A stretch of DNA of 64,000 bases. Source: an uncultured delta proteobacterium (GTDB lineage Bacteria; Desulfobacterota; Desulfobacteria; Desulfobacterales; QNYZ01). The DNA lies in NCBI GenBank assembly GCA_963845145.1, contig CAWJQU010000005.1, forward strand, positions 1,323,434 to 1,387,433, given 5' to 3'. Below, one piece after another: positions 22,252 through 34,050 of this stretch. Under the pieces are notes generated by a model that made no database searches, was not told where the DNA came from, and saw only the letters and a program-made list of their open reading frames with translations. Within the stretch, counting starts at the first letter, position 1. Each line of letters opens with the position of its first letter. The position numbers and the translations under genes are program-made.

Positions 22252-25005
22252 TTAGGTCAACTCAGGTGCAATCGCTTCCATTTCATAGCATTCAAGGACG
22301 TCTTCGACCTTAATGTCATTGAACTTGTCGACACCGATACCGCACTCGTACCCGCTTTGAACCTCTTTAACATCATCTTTAAATCGTCTCACCGAGGCTA
22401 TCTTACCTTCGTATACCACAACCCCATCCCGAACGACGCGAACCGGTTTGTCTCGGGCAACGCGGCCGTCTGTGATATAACTTCCCGCCACGGTACCGAT
22501 TTTGGGGATATGGAAAACTTCCCTGACCTTGGCTCTTCCCAGAACGCGTTCTTTATACACGGTATCCATCATGCCTAAGATGGCATCTTTAACATCTTTG
22601 ATCACATCGTAGATGACATTATAAAACCGCATATCCACATGTTCTTCGTTGGCCAGCGCCTGGACTTTAGGCGTGGGGCGCACATTGAAACCGATAATGA
22701 TGGCTTCGGATACGGTTGCCAAAGAGATATCCGTTTCGGTTATGGTTCCTGTGGCAGCCTGTGCAACATGAATATTGATCTCTTCGTTGGATAATTTTAC
22801 CAACGCGTCCCGTAAGGCCTCCACGGATCCGTGTACATCGGCTTTAACAATGATATTGAGTGTTTTGGCCTCACCCTCCTGCATTTTTTCAAACAGATTT
22901 TCCAAAGAGAGACGGTTCGATTTGGCCAGCTCCTTGGACCGTTGCTGCTGCCCCCGGTGTTGGCCTACCTGTTTGGCGTCTTTTTCGTCGGCAAGCGCGA
23001 CCAATTCGTCACCGGCCATGGGAACACCCGAAAGCCCCAAAATTTCCACGGGAATGGCCGGACCGGCGGTTTTTACCATTTCCCCTCGATCGTTCAACAG
23101 GGAGCGAATTTTTCCGTATTGGACGCCACACACCACCGGATCTCCTGCTTTTAATGTCCCCTCGCGCACGAGGATCGTAGCTACCGGCCCCCGGCCCGTG
23201 TCCAGCTTAGCCTCGATGACATGCCCGCTGGCCAGCTTGTCGGGGTTGGCGCGAAGTTCCAACATATCCGCTTGAAGTTGAATCATTTCGAGAAGCTCAT
23301 CGACACCCTGATTCATTTTGGCGGATACGCGAAGATAAATTGTGTCCCCTCCCCAATCTTCCGGGGTCAGTCCGGCTTCCGCCAGTTCCCGTTGGACGCG
23401 TTCCGGATCGGCATTGGCCTTGTCGATTTTGTTGATGGCGACAATAATCGGCACCTCGGCCGCACGGGCATGGTTGATTGCTTCAACGGTTTGAGGCATG
23501 ACACCATCGTCAGCCGCCACCACTAGAATCACCAGGTCGGTGACACTGGCACCTCGAGAGCGCATAGCTGTAAACGCCTCGTGGCCGGGCGTATCAAGAA
23601 AAACAATTTCACTATTACCGGTGGATACACAATAGGCTCCGATATGCTGGGTGATACCACCCGCCTCACTATCGGTAACATGGGTCTTTCGAATGACATC
23701 GAGCAAGGAGGTCTTGCCATGATCCACGTGGCCCATAATGGTCACAACCGGCGGACGCGGCTTAAGGTTGGCCGGATCATCCGATGAGGCCCTTATCACC
23801 TTTTCTTCCTCAAACACCGCTTTTTCGACTTCATATTCAAATTCGGCTGCCAGTAGAACTGCAGTATCAAAATCAATACTTTGATTAACGGTGGCCATGA
23901 CACCCATTTTCATGAGTTGCATGATTAATTCGCTAACCTTTATGCCCATCCGTTTGGCCAAATCTGAGATGATGATGTTTTCATCGATCTTGATTCTGCG
24001 TTTGATCGCTTTGGCCGTGGTAATCTGGGTTTTTAGACCGCTGGCCGCCGGTTTTTTCTTAGCCCACTTACCCCCTGCACGTCGTTGTTTTTTGCGGCTG
24101 TATAGATCGGCGCCTTCGACGACCGATCGGCGCTTGAAAGAGATTTTGCGTTTGAGAAAGCGGCGATCAGGTTCATCGGCCCCCTCTTTTTTTCCTTTTT
24201 TTCCTTTTTTACGGGCCTGATCATCGGCCGGAGGCGCCGGCTCTCCCGGTTGAGCAGAAGACTTTTTGGCCGAAGGCTTGGGTTTCGGCTGGACCGTACC
24301 CATCTGGATAATTTTGGCGGGCATATCCTTTTTGCGCTTCTTTTTCTTTTTTACCGGTTTAGCTTGAGCGTCTTCAACATCCGGCTTGTCAGGAACTTTT
24401 TTCGAAGCGGCATCTTTATCGGCCACCTCCGCGCCCACGTCTTTTTTGGATGGGGCCTCGGCATCGGGTGTCTCAAACTCAACGGCAGTGGCCTCTTTTG
24501 CAGATGATGTTTCCGATAAGGATGCCTCCTCGGACTCGGGTTGTTTTCTCAGATCAGGCTCGGTTGTTGCCGGTTCTTCAACAGCGATGCTAATTATTTT
24601 TGCAGGCGGTTCTTCCGGTGCAACCGTTTTATCGGGTTTCTTCGATACAGGTGATTCCGCTGGGGACTCCTCAAGCGAAGCATCGGATACCGGTGGCGAT
24701 TCTTCAAGCAATTCCTCGGTGTCGGTTTCAGAAAGTTCTGAAGGCGGAGCAGCAGTATCTGTTTTCTTTTTCCGAACTACTTTGCGGCGCCTGCGAATAA
24801 CGGTGGCCTGTACCCGGGTTTCCTCATATTCGACTTCTTTGGGCTTGGTGCCGAATACTTCCGCTTTAATAGAATCAATCACATCCGCTTCCAGGGTGCT
24901 CATATGGTTTTTGACCGGCAGGTCCATTGCCTGCAGTTTTTCCACCAGCACCTTGTTGGTCATATTCAGGTCTCTGGCAAGCTCATATACTCTGATCTTG
25001 ACCAT
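22252..25005 (-). CDS. infB: Translation initiation factor IF-2
   Basis: [16 protein letters not shown] and NKID G-domain motifs. Confidence 0.97.
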   Translation of the reverse strand: MVKIRVYELARDLNMTNKVLVEKLQAMDLPVKNHMSTLEADVIDSIKAEVFGTKPKEVEYEETRVQATVIRRRRKVVRKKKTDTAAPPSELSETDTEELLEESPPVSDASLEESPAESPVSKKPDKTVAPEEPPAKIISIAVEEPATTEPDLRKQPESEEASLSETSSAKEATAVEFETPDAEAPSKKDVGAEVADKDAASKKVPDKPDVEDAQAKPVKKKKKRKKDMPAKIIQMGTVQPKPKPSAKKSSAQPGEPAPPADDQARKKGKKGKKEGADEPDRRFLKRKISFKRRSVVEGADLYSRKKQRRAGGKWAKKKPAASGLKTQITTAKAIKRRIKIDENIIISDLAKRMGIKVSELIMQLMKMGVMATVNQSIDFDTAVLLAAEFEYEVEKAVFEEEKVIRASSDDPANLKPRPPVVTIMGHVDHGKTSLLDVIRKTHVTDSEAGGITQHIGAYCVSTGNSEIVFLDTPGHEAFTAMRSRGASVTDLVILVVAADDGVMPQTVEAINHARAAEVPIIVAINKIDKANADPERVQRELAEAGLTPEDWGGDTIYLRVSAKMNQGVDELLEMIQLQADMLELRANPDKLASGHVIEAKLDTGRGPVATILVREGTLKAGDPVVCGVQYGKIRSLLNDRGEMVKTAGPAIPVEILGLSGVPMAGDELVALADEKDAKQVGQHRGQQQRSKELAKSNRLSLENLFEKMQEGEAKTLNIIVKADVHGSVEALRDALVKLSNEEINIHVAQAATGTITETDISLATVSEAIIIGFNVRPTPKVQALANEEHVDMRFYNVIYDVIKDVKDAILGMMDTVYKERVLGRAKVREVFHIPKIGTVAGSYITDGRVARDKPVRVVRDGVVVYEGKIASVRRFKDDVKEVQSGYECGIGVDKFNDIKVEDVLECYEMEAIAPELT

Positions 25006-25027
25006 AGTCGTCCTCTAATTGGGGTCG

Positions 25028-26581
25028 TTATTCTTCAATGTTGGGTTGGTCATCCGCCTGATTACCCGCATTATCATCGGAACCGGCATCCTTGACAGCC
25101 TTCGACTCTGATGACGAGGAAACAACGGATTCTTCATCAGGGGAATCGGAGGCTGCTTCAATTTCCTCATCGTTTTCTACAACGCCGGCTTTTTCGGAGT
25201 GCCCGTTCGAATCGGATGACGGCGTAACGGCGCTTGCCGAATCACCGCTTTTTTCATCTCCATCCCCATCTTCGTCATCGGAAGAAGCGGCTTCTAACGC
25301 TTGAGCTTCTTCAACTTCGACTTCGGCTTGGGCCGCGGTAAGCATCTCTTTCCAGGTGACAGCCGCTTTTTCAATTAAACTTTCGGCCACCGTTTCATCG
25401 ATCTCTCGAATTTGAACCAGATCTGCTACTGACGCCCGGCTTAGTTCTTCAGCGGAATAAAACCCATTTTCAAAAAGAGCATCCACAAGTCCCAGGCTGA
25501 TGTCGGGTATGGCCACCAAGGAGTCATAACCGTTTTTCATATCGGCGTTATAGCTGCTTTCACTCTTGACATCAAGGCGCCAGCCGGTCAGCTTGGCAGC
25601 CAGGCGAACATTTTGCCCGCGTTTGCCGATGGCGATGGACAGCGCGTCATCCGGGACGATGATTTCCATTGCCTGGTTTTCTTCGTCGATGATGACGCGG
25701 GAAACTTCGGCCGGAGCCAGGGCGTTGCAGATATACTTGGGCTGGTCGATATGGTAAGGGATGATATCGATTTTTTCGCCCCTTAGCTCTTGAACGACAT
25801 TTTGAACCCGGCTGCCTCGCATCCCCACACAGGCACCTACCGGATCAATATCCGAGTCGTTGGATGAAACCGCGATTTTAGCCCGTACTCCAGGATCGCG
25901 AACCGCTCCCATAATAGAGACGATCCCCTCGCTGATCTCAGGAACTTCCGTTTTGAACAGCTGAATTAAAAAATTCGGATGTGTTCGCGACAGGACAATT
26001 TGCGGTCCTCTGGCCTCCTGCAGAATATCTAAAAGATAAGCGCGAATACGGTCTCCGCGGCGGTAAGATTCACGCGGCACCTGCTCCCTAAATGGAACAA
26101 TTCCTTCGGTCTGGCCGATGTTGACGATAATGTTGCCTCTTTCAAAACGCTGAACGATGCCATTGATCAATTCGCCGCGGCGATCAATATAGTTGGCATA
26201 AACAGCATCCCGTTCGGCATCTTTCATTTTCTGAATAATCACCTGTTTGGCTGACTGAGCGGCAATACGACCGAAATTGGACGTATCCATTTTGGTGCCA
26301 AGGCTGTCGCCAACTTCACATTCGGGATCAAGACCGCGGCCGATGTCCAGCGTCACCTGGGTTTCGGGGTCGGTAACCGTTTCAACGACATCCATAAATT
26401 GGAAAGCCTCGATTTCTCCCGATTTATCGTCATACTGGGTTTCAATGTCGATTCCGTTGCCAAATTTTTTACGAGCGGCGGATTGAATTGCCTCTTCCAC
26501 GGCTCTGATCAATACATCCCGATCAATCCCTTTATCCCGACTGATCTGATCTATCACATGTTTAATTTCGGCGATAAACAT
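25028..26581 (-). CDS. nusA: Transcription termination factor NusA
   Basis: [23 protein letters not shown] and [11 protein letters not shown]; acidic C-terminal tail. Confidence 0.97.
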   Translation of the reverse strand: MFIAEIKHVIDQISRDKGIDRDVLIRAVEEAIQSAARKKFGNGIDIETQYDDKSGEIEAFQFMDVVETVTDPETQVTLDIGRGLDPECEVGDSLGTKMDTSNFGRIAAQSAKQVIIQKMKDAERDAVYANYIDRRGELINGIVQRFERGNIIVNIGQTEGIVPFREQVPRESYRRGDRIRAYLLDILQEARGPQIVLSRTHPNFLIQLFKTEVPEISEGIVSIMGAVRDPGVRAKIAVSSNDSDIDPVGACVGMRGSRVQNVVQELRGEKIDIIPYHIDQPKYICNALAPAEVSRVIIDEENQAMEIIVPDDALSIAIGKRGQNVRLAAKLTGWRLDVKSESSYNADMKNGYDSLVAIPDISLGLVDALFENGFYSAEELSRASVADLVQIREIDETVAESLIEKAAVTWKEMLTAAQAEVEVEEAQALEAASSDDEDGDGDEKSGDSASAVTPSSDSNGHSEKAGVVENDEEIEAASDSPDEESVVSSSSESKAVKDAGSDDNAGNQADDQPNIEE

Positions 26582-27123
26582 CAGTTTTCTCCCTGATATT
26601 CGATAAGTCGGGCATCCTTAATTTGTGAAAGCGGGATATTCATGGATTCGCCTTCCATTCGCAGCGTGACGATTTCATCATTCATGCCCGCTAGCTCTCC
26701 TGTAAATTTTTTTTGTTCGTTTATGGGCGTCAACGTCCGGATGCAGGCCGTTTGGCCGGCAAAACGGTTAAAATCGTCCGGCTTGCCCAAGGGGCGGTTC
26801 ACCCCCGGTGATGACACCTCCAGTAGATAAGCGGTATCGTCATCCGTATGAACATCCAGCAGATCGCCGATCTGGCGACTGATATTCTGACAATCATCGA
26901 GTTTGACGCCACCGGGCTTATCGATATACAGCCGCAACACCCGGCCCGGGGGTTCTATGCGGCATTGGACATGAATCAGTTCCATGCCCTCACCTTCGCA
27001 TAACGGTTCGCCCAGTTGTAATGTAAGGGCGGTTAAAGAACGGTTCTGTTCCCGAGATCCGCCGGGTTTTTTTAATTTGGCGGCTTTTGCCGTCGATGTT
27101 TTTGTCCGTTTTCTTCTGGCCAT
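26581..27123 (-). CDS. rimP: Ribosome maturation factor RimP
   Basis: LRLYIDKPGGV and LEVSSPGVNRPL; start uncertain. Confidence 0.9.
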   Translation of the reverse strand: MARRKRTKTSTAKAAKLKKPGGSREQNRSLTALTLQLGEPLCEGEGMELIHVQCRIEPPGRVLRLYIDKPGGVKLDDCQNISRQIGDLLDVHTDDDTAYLLEVSSPGVNRPLGKPDDFNRFAGQTACIRTLTPINEQKKFTGELAGMNDEIVTLRMEGESMNIPLSQIKDARLIEYQGEN

Positions 27124-27151
27124 TTTAATATTTGATAAAATTATAAAAAAC

Positions 27152-27177
27152 AAAAAAACGGGCTGTTCGCCCGTTTT
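27152..27177 (-). terminator. Intrinsic terminator or attenuator hairpin between tRNA-Gly and rimP
   Basis: AAAACGGGC-gaaca-GCCCGTTTT stem followed by a T tract on the minus strand. Confidence 0.6.
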
Positions 27178-27337
27178 GATCGTTTTCGTATATTCCGTCG
27201 CGTCTGGAACGGAAATTTCGTTCTGCATCTGCCCCTAAGGACAAGAAACTTTGCCCCCGGTTACAGCAAAACCCGAAGGAGCCGAACTCAGGCCCCGTTC
27301 ATTCCTCTGGTAATCACTGAATGATCGGGCGAATGTT

Positions 27338-27413
27338 TGGAGCGGGCAACGAGATTCGAACTCGCGACACCAAGCTTGGGAAGCTTGTACTCTACCAGCT
27401 GAGCTATGCCCGC
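27338..27413 (-). tRNA. tRNA-Gly (anticodon CCC)
   Basis: Reverse complement GCGGGCATAGCTCAGCTGGTAGAGTACAAGCTTCCCAAGCTTGGTGTCGCGAGTTCGAATCTCGTTGCCCGCTCCA: cloverleaf, TTCGAA T-loop, encoded CCA. Confidence 0.95.
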
Positions 27414-27496
27414 CCAATGCCTAACCTATACAAATAGGTCATATGTTTGTAATTGTCAATACTTTTCAGCGGATAGTTAATCTGGGGACAGTTGGT

Positions 27497-27838
27497 TCAA
27501 ATGATCAGGAAACCAGATCCCGAAGATTTTCGAGTTCGTGGCGAATATCGGCGAGTACATCCGCCGGGGATTTTGAAGCATCCAATAGCCTCGTCCAGAC
27601 GCAGATGCTTGATCGCCCCACGGATGGTGAATTTTTTATCATGTAATAAATGTTTGATTTTTAGGATGAGTTCCACATCTTTGCGGCGATACAGGCGCTG
27701 GCCCGAGGGGCTTCGCTTGGGTTTAATACGACCAAATTCGGTTTCCCAGAACCTAAGCACATGGGTGGGTAAGTCGGCGAGTTTGCTGACCTCGCCGATT
27801 TTAAAATAGAGTTTGTCGGGAATGGATACCAACGGCAA
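27497..27838 (-). CDS. MerR family HTH regulator (C-terminus probably frameshifted)
   Basis: IPDKLYFKIGEVS...VLRFWETEF...GQRLY; an alternative frame gives a typical tail DVLADIRHELENLRDLVS*. Confidence 0.85.
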   Translation of the reverse strand: MPLVSIPDKLYFKIGEVSKLADLPTHVLRFWETEFGRIKPKRSPSGQRLYRRKDVELILKIKHLLHDKKFTIRGAIKHLRLDEAIGCFKIPGGCTRRYSPRTRKSSGSGFLII

Positions 27839-27923
27839 CCGACTTTCTTGAGTGGCCCCTTAGCAATGCACTTTATGCGCATCGATATATTTTTTGGAAT
27901 AACCGGGATTTATTCTTTTAATA

Positions 27924-30372
27924 TCATGTTGGCAGGTCGGCGTCAAAGTCTTTCACAAGACGATGGGTGATTCGTTGATGTATCTCGTTGATCATATCGT
28001 CCACAAGCGTTTCGCTTTGGGACCGATAGGTAACCCGAAACGATAAACTTTTCTTGTCGGCCGGGATTGGGCGCCCTTCGAAAACGTCTACCAGCTCAAT
28101 GGACTCGATTAGCGGTTCATTGAGCTTTACGAGATGGTATTCTAAAATCAATCCTTCAATTTTCCGATCGACAATAACTGTCATGTCCCTTGTGATGGCA
28201 GGATAGCGGGGCAGTGAGCGGGCCAGCCGGGATGTGGGCATTCGTTCAAGTAGCTTGGCTGCATCCAATTCGAACATGAAAACCGGTTGTGAAATGTCGA
28301 AAGCGTTGAGAACGGAAGACGATATCTCTCCAATCATGCCGATAAGTGTGTCGCCACAATTGATTCCGGCGACATGTCCTGATTTATAATATGGCAACCG
28401 ATCAGATGAGAATTGGCCGGACTGAGATCGGGTGAATTTAATCTCCTTAATGTGCAGTGTGGTCAACAGGCTTTCGGCCACACCCTTTAAATCGTAGAAA
28501 TCACAGTCAACGGGGCGTGCGTGCCAGGTGGTTTTATTTCGGCCACCGGTCCAGAGGGCGGAAATAACTTCTTTTTCCTTCGGGAGTCTGTTTTTTTCGA
28601 ATTGCATAAACGTTCGGCCGATTTCAAACATCTTGAGATGGCGTATTTGCCGACTGATATTATGCTGAACCGTGCCGAGCAATCCAGGCGCCAAGGAAGA
28701 GCGCATGATCGATTGGGATTCGGTCAAAGGGTTCAGAAGCGATACGAACCGACGTTTGGGATCATCGTCGGCCAGGCCGAGATAATCATAGGTTTTTTCA
28801 TCGCCGAAGCTATATGTAATCACCTCTACAAATCCGAAGCCGGTCATCAATGTTTTGACCCGTTGCCGAAAAGTTAGCTCCGCAGATGAGAAGGCGTCGC
28901 TATCCTTGATGGCGGGAAAAGTGGTCGGGATTTGATTATAGCCGTGGAGTCGGGCCACCTCCTCCATCAGGTCTTCCGGTCGGGAGATATCCACACGAAA
29001 GGAGGGGGGCAAGACCGTTAGGCTAGATTCAGTTAGGTTAGGTTCAGTATCTGCCGATTGCACATCAAATTCAATGGATTGAAGCAGCTTTTCAATTTGC
29101 GCGGCATGAAGATCCGTTCCCAGGATGCGGTTGGTACGGTCGATGGAGAGCTCGATGGCTTGGCGCTTCAGCGGGCCGGGGTGAGCATCGATGATTCCTT
29201 CGATCAATTTCCCCCCGCAGAGCTGCACCATTAGATGAGCGGCACGTTCCATGGCCCGGATGGTGCCTTCAGGATCAACCCCCCGTTCAAATCGATAGGA
29301 GGCGTCACTGCTTAAATTAAACCGTTTAGCTGTTCGTCGAATGCTGGCCGGATTAAAACACGCACTTTCAATGAGAACACGGGTCGTCGTCTCTTCGATT
29401 TCCGAGTTGAGTCCGCCCATGACACCGGCTACGGCTACTGGCTTTTGGCCGTCACAGATCATCAAGGTGTCATCTTCAAGGCGTCGGGATTGGCCGTCTA
29501 AGGTTGTGAATTGATCCCCTTTATTGGCAGTACGAACGATGATACGATTTTCGTATAGATGGTCAAAGTCGAAAGCATGCAACGGCTGGCCCGTTTCCAG
29601 CATGACGAAGTTGGTAATATCGACAACATTGTTGATGGGTCGTAATCCTACTGAACGCAGCCGGTCCTGGAGCCAGAACGGTGATGATGCCACCTTGATG
29701 TCGGTAACAATCCGGGCCGAATAGCGCGGGCATAGCGCCGGCGTCTCAATAAGCACCGATGTCATTTGATCGACAACCCCGCCGAGGGCGGGCGTTGGAA
29801 CGTCCGGATAACGGACCTTCGATTGATAAATGGCGGCAACTTCACGGCAGATTCCCAGAATACTGAGGCAATCCGCCCGATTAGGGGTCAGATCAATTTC
29901 GAGGACGGGGTCGTGAAGCTCGAGGGCTTGATTCAAAGGTTGGCCGAGCGATAAGGTTGCATCCAAAACCATCAAGCCGCTTGCATCACTTCCAAGCGCC
30001 AACTCGGCTTCACTGCATAGCATTCCTTCGGAAGGTTCCCCACGAATAACGGTTTTTTGAAGGCTGACGCCATTGGGAAAGACGGTTCCGGGCAATGCGA
30101 CCGGTGCCATCATGCCTTCGGCTGTGTTTGGCGCTCCGCAGACAATACGGAGGGAGGCTTCACCCGTATCAACCTGGCAACATTTCAAATGATCGGCATT
30201 GGGGTGGGGGGCTACGGTTTTAATGCAGCCTACGAGAACCGTGTCTAAATAGCTGTAGCGGTTGGTAACGGCGTCGACTTCGAGCCCGGCCATGGTCAGG
30301 CCGTCGGCCAGGCGCAGTGACATCGTATTCTCCCGGCAAATATTCCTGTAGCCAGCTGAGGCTTATTTTCAT
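27924..30372 (-). CDS. pheT: Phenylalanine--tRNA ligase beta subunit (frameshift near 30320)
   Basis: MKISLSWLQEY at 30372 in one frame joins LADGLTMAGLEV in another; TPNRADCLS and RFERGVD motifs. Confidence 0.95.
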
Positions 30373-30448
30373 CGTTTTTGGTCCATGGCGGAAATGATCA
30401 TAAGTGGCAGGCCGGTCAACCAACTAGTCAATTCACCGGTCATACTGT

Positions 30449-31471
30449 TTATTCGAATTGGCTTAAAAACCGCAGGTCGTTATCAAAAAATTTGCGGATG
30501 TCGTCTATGCCGTATTTGAGCATGGCAATTCGCTCCACACCCATGCCAAAGGCAAAACCGGTAAAGCGATTTGTGTCGTAACCCACATTTTCCAAAACCG
30601 CCGGGTGAACCATGCCGGACCCGAGGACTTCTAACCAGCCGGTGTGAGAGCAGACCCGGCATCCGTTGCCCCGACACATCACACAAAGGATGTCGACTTC
30701 GGCGCTTGGCTCGGTAAATGGAAAAAAACTGGGCCGAAAGCGCAAAGACGTTTGTTCATCAAACATCTGATGGACAAACACGGTTAAAATTCCCTTCAGA
30801 TCGCCAAAGGAGATGTTCTCTGCGACCATCAAGCCCTCAACCTGATGAAACATCGGGGTATGGGTCAGGTCCGAATCGCATCGGAAAACTTTTCCCGGCG
30901 CCACAATGCGCACCGGTGGTGATTGCTTTTCCATCACGCGAACCTGCAGAGGGGAGGTATGGGTTCTCAGCACGATATCATCTGAAACAAAAAAGGTATC
31001 CTGCATGTCCCGCGCCGGGTGTTCCTTGGGGAAATTAAGGGCTTCAAAATTATAATAATCGGTTTCAATTTCAGGCCCTTCGGCGATTGAAAACCCCAAT
31101 CTTTCAAAAATGTTGCAGATGCGATTCATGACCAGCGTTACAGGGTGCAAGGCACCCCGCGCCACAGGCCGGCCGGGCAAGGATACATCTATTGAACCGT
31201 CGGCGTCGCCCTCGTTTTGATTAATTCGCTCGGTTGCCTCGGAAAATGCCACTTGAAGGCTTTTTTTAACTTCGTTGGCCCTTTTTCCAGCCAGGGGACG
31301 CTCTTCCGCCGGAAGGCCGGCTATATCGCGCAGAAAACGGGTTATCGCACCCTTGCGCCCCAGATAGCGAATGGTCAGCGCTTCAATATCCGCAGCCGTA
31401 TGGGCCGCGACGACGGCTGTCAAAGCCTCTTCGCGTATTTGTTCGATTGTGGGATTGGCTGGTTTGTCCAT
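30449..31471 (-). CDS. pheS: Phenylalanine--tRNA ligase alpha subunit
   Basis: HPARDMQDTF, LRTHTS, FPFTEPS and GFAFGMGVER motifs. Confidence 0.97.
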   Translation of the reverse strand: MDKPANPTIEQIREEALTAVVAAHTAADIEALTIRYLGRKGAITRFLRDIAGLPAEERPLAGKRANEVKKSLQVAFSEATERINQNEGDADGSIDVSLPGRPVARGALHPVTLVMNRICNIFERLGFSIAEGPEIETDYYNFEALNFPKEHPARDMQDTFFVSDDIVLRTHTSPLQVRVMEKQSPPVRIVAPGKVFRCDSDLTHTPMFHQVEGLMVAENISFGDLKGILTVFVHQMFDEQTSLRFRPSFFPFTEPSAEVDILCVMCRGNGCRVCSHTGWLEVLGSGMVHPAVLENVGYDTNRFTGFAFGMGVERIAMLKYGIDDIRKFFDNDLRFLSQFE

Positions 31472-31518
31472 GAACGGTTACTGGTCGTTTGGCCTTGGAA
31501 AGTCAGTCGATCGGCAGA

Positions 31519-31869
31519 CTATACGTGTTGCGCGGCTAATTCAGCAATCTGGGCAAATCCCTTGGGGTCGGATACCGCCAGTTCGGCCAGCACCTTGCGA
31601 TCAAGCTCGACCCGAGCCTTTTTCAAACCGCTTATCAATTTGCTGTAGGACAGGTTGTTTAATCGCGCCCCGGCATTGATGCGTGCAATCCATAGCCGCC
31701 GAAAGTCTCTTTTTCGTGTTCGGCGATCACGGTAGGCATACATATTCGCTTTATCAACGGCATTCTGGGCGGTACGAAACAGTTTACTCCTCGCCCCCCG
31801 GAACCCTTTGGCCATTTTTAATACTTTTTTTCGCCGTTGTCTGGCCTTGAAACCACGTTTAATTCGCAT
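31519..31869 (-). CDS. rplT: 50S ribosomal protein L20
   Basis: [20 protein letters not shown]. Confidence 0.97.
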   Translation of the reverse strand: MRIKRGFKARQRRKKVLKMAKGFRGARSKLFRTAQNAVDKANMYAYRDRRTRKRDFRRLWIARINAGARLNNLSYSKLISGLKKARVELDRKVLAELAVSDPKGFAQIAELAAQHV

Positions 31870-31891
31870 GGTAAACTCCGTTAGTCCATGT

Positions 31892-32089
31892 TTAAAGATT
31901 TGGCAGCATTGCCTTTATCGCCTTAATATTGGTCTGGTCAACCAAGTGGCTTTTTCTCAATGATCGTTTTCGCTTGCGGCTCTTGTGCGTGAGGATATGG
32001 TTGCCATGGGACTTTGAATAGACGATCTTGCCGGACCCTGTCTTTTTAAATCGTTTGGCCGCGCCTCGATTGGTTTTAATTTTTGGCAT
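31892..32089 (-). CDS. rpmI: 50S ribosomal protein L35
   Basis: [21 protein letters not shown]. Confidence 0.97.
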   Translation of the reverse strand: MPKIKTNRGAAKRFKKTGSGKIVYSKSHGNHILTHKSRKRKRSLRKSHLVDQTNIKAIKAMLPNL

Positions 32090-32172
32090 TTTTCTTAAAC
32101 TCCCTATATACGATATTTTTTTAGTATCCTGCTTTATTTAATATTGTGCTTTTAATTCCGAAGGTCTTTTAC

Positions 32173-32218
32173 AAAAAATTGATGGCGTGAGCAGCTGGTG
32201 TGTTTCGCTCACGCCATT
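32173..32218 (-). terminator. Stem-loop after infC (terminator or regulatory)
   Basis: ATGGCGTGAGC / GCTCACGCCAT 11-bp stem followed by AATTTTTT on the minus strand. Confidence 0.55.
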
Positions 32219-32262
32219 ACCGGTATCGTTATTTATGTAAATCGTCGGTTCAGGTTTTCGTT

Positions 32263-32802
32263 TTATTTCGGAGCCAGCACCATCATAATTGTACGGCCTT
32301 CAAATTTGGGAGCTTGCTCAATGACCGCCGTTTCCGACATTTCCGTAGCGATTCTTGCCAGCATCTCCCGGCCTTGTCCCGCCAGTGTAATTTCGCGTCC
32401 TCGGAATCGCACGGTTACCTTGACCTTATCGCGTCGATCAATGAATTTGCGTATATGGCCTAGTTTGGTTTGAAGGTCGTGATCACCGGTTTTGGGCCGA
32501 ACTTTAATCTCTTTAAGCTGAAAGTGGGCCTGTTTCTTTTTCGCTTCCTGCTTTTTTTTGGTCTGCTCGTATTTATATCGGCCGTAATCCATGATTTTAC
32601 AGACCGGCGGCTTAGAGTTGGGTGACACCTCCACCAGATCCTGACCGAATTCTTCGGCCATTTTCAAGGCCTCGTCCGTCGGTACGATGCCGACCTGGGT
32701 ACCTTCCGGGTCGATGACGCGTACTTTTGGGGCTGTTATCTGTTGATTGATTCGGGTTTGATCGGTCTGCTGCGGCCGGATAGGCCCTCGTGGTATAGCT
32801 AT
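32263..32802 (-). CDS. infC: Translation initiation factor IF-3, non-canonical ATA start
   Basis: GGAGGTGG RBS then an in-frame ATA at 32802; RINQQI..PKVRVID and PPVCKIMDYG motifs. Confidence 0.93.
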   Translation of the reverse strand: MAIPRGPIRPQQTDQTRINQQITAPKVRVIDPEGTQVGIVPTDEALKMAEEFGQDLVEVSPNSKPPVCKIMDYGRYKYEQTKKKQEAKKKQAHFQLKEIKVRPKTGDHDLQTKLGHIRKFIDRRDKVKVTVRFRGREITLAGQGREMLARIATEMSETAVIEQAPKFEGRTIMMVLAPK

Positions 32803-33088
32803 ACTTCCACCTCCTGGTTGAATTATTTGTTCTAATAGTGATTATACAATTAATTGTTGACCTAAAAATGATTCACGAGCCAATGCCCGATTTCTTTTGC
32901 CCGATTTTCATAACGCCGGATTTCAGCACCAACGGTCGGATCATACGTCTCCCAATATCGAAACATTTTTCAAATTGCAAGCAAAATATGTTTAAACCAA
33001 GTGTTTTAAAGGCAGGTTTGTACTAACCCTTAGCCTCCAATAGCCATCCGCCAAATCGGCGAAAGCCGACCAAAGTCTGTCTATATAG

Positions 33089-33348
33089 ACCCTATTGTTG
33101 CAAAAGTCGGAGGGCTCCAGAGCCAAGGCGTCGAGGGTGAAGTCGTAGTAAATCTACTGCGAACCCTTGACAACGCAGGGTCTGGAGTCCTCCGGCTTTC
33201 CCGTAGGGTCAAAAAGATGGCATTAAACAGATACGATCCTCTATTTCACCTCTGGTTTATTGCTCGAAAGGCTCCCTAACACTCAGTTTATTCAAGGCTC
33301 ATAAAGGTCTATAAATCTTTAGCCATCTTTTTTATGCAACATTAGGGT
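33089..33348. mobile_element. MITE-like non-autonomous element, about 260 bp
   Basis: Terminal inverted repeats ACCCTATTGTTGCAAAA / TTATGCAACATTAGGGT flanked by AG on both sides; internal hairpins 33103-33199 and 33211-33333; no ORF. Confidence 0.6.
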
Positions 33349-33377
33349 AGACACTGATCGGATGAAATCAAGGCAAA

Positions 33378-33965
33378 TTATTTCTGGGATAAAGTGTACC
33401 TGGATAGATAACTGTCTTTCCAGTAGGTATTATGTTCATTATTAAAAAAGGTCTTGAATAATGACAAACTTTCAAGGCGGCGAATATGCGGAATTATGGT
33501 GATGCGGTTTTTCCGATACAGTGGCGCCAGGTGCTGCAGGTTCAATTGGGTGCCCCCGCCCATGGCATCTTCGTAGGCGTAAATAACGGTTCCAATTCCG
33601 GATAGCAAAATGGCGGCGAAACACATCAGGCAGGGTTCCATGGTACAATAGATATAGACTTTCCCCGGATTAATCGGATCTGGTTTAATCGGACCCGTTT
33701 TAACCGAATCCGTTTCAATCAAACCTGTTTTAATCGAATCCATTTCAATCAAACCTGTGATTCGGTAAAAGTGCCGCAATGCGACCATTTCGGCATGGTC
33801 GATTTCGTTTTGCGGTCTAAGGGTTGGCCCGCTCGTCCCGGTGCGCGTTCCGGTTGCAATGATTTGCCCCTGGTAAACCAAAACGCATCCGACTGGGAAT
33901 TCGCCATTTTCCAGAGCAGATTGTGCCAGTGCCAGGGCTTTGCCCATGTATTTGGAATGGTCCAT
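33378..33965 (-). CDS. Cytidine/nucleoside deaminase family protein
   Basis: GEFPVGCVLV, HAE and EPCLMC zinc motifs; internal 10-aa tandem repeat. Confidence 0.88.
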   Translation of the reverse strand: MDHSKYMGKALALAQSALENGEFPVGCVLVYQGQIIATGTRTGTSGPTLRPQNEIDHAEMVALRHFYRITGLIEMDSIKTGLIETDSVKTGPIKPDPINPGKVYIYCTMEPCLMCFAAILLSGIGTVIYAYEDAMGGGTQLNLQHLAPLYRKNRITIIPHIRRLESLSLFKTFFNNEHNTYWKDSYLSRYTLSQK

Positions 33966-34050
33966 AAAAATTAGTCAGCCCGTTTGTCGGTTAGCCCGTT
34001 TGCCGGATAGCCAACGATCTTGGGGTTTTTATTTGATGGAAACATCTTGG

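Noticed and set aside
22775..25018. Long plus-strand ORFs opposite infB (similar ones opposite pnp and the M16 peptidase)
   Set aside because: Antisense shadows of conserved genes.
27235..27417. 60-aa ORF
   Set aside because: It overlaps the tRNA-Gly gene.
27924..30372. pheT as a pseudogene or programmed frameshift
   Set aside because: Essential gene that is otherwise intact; a single indel is best explained as sequencing error.
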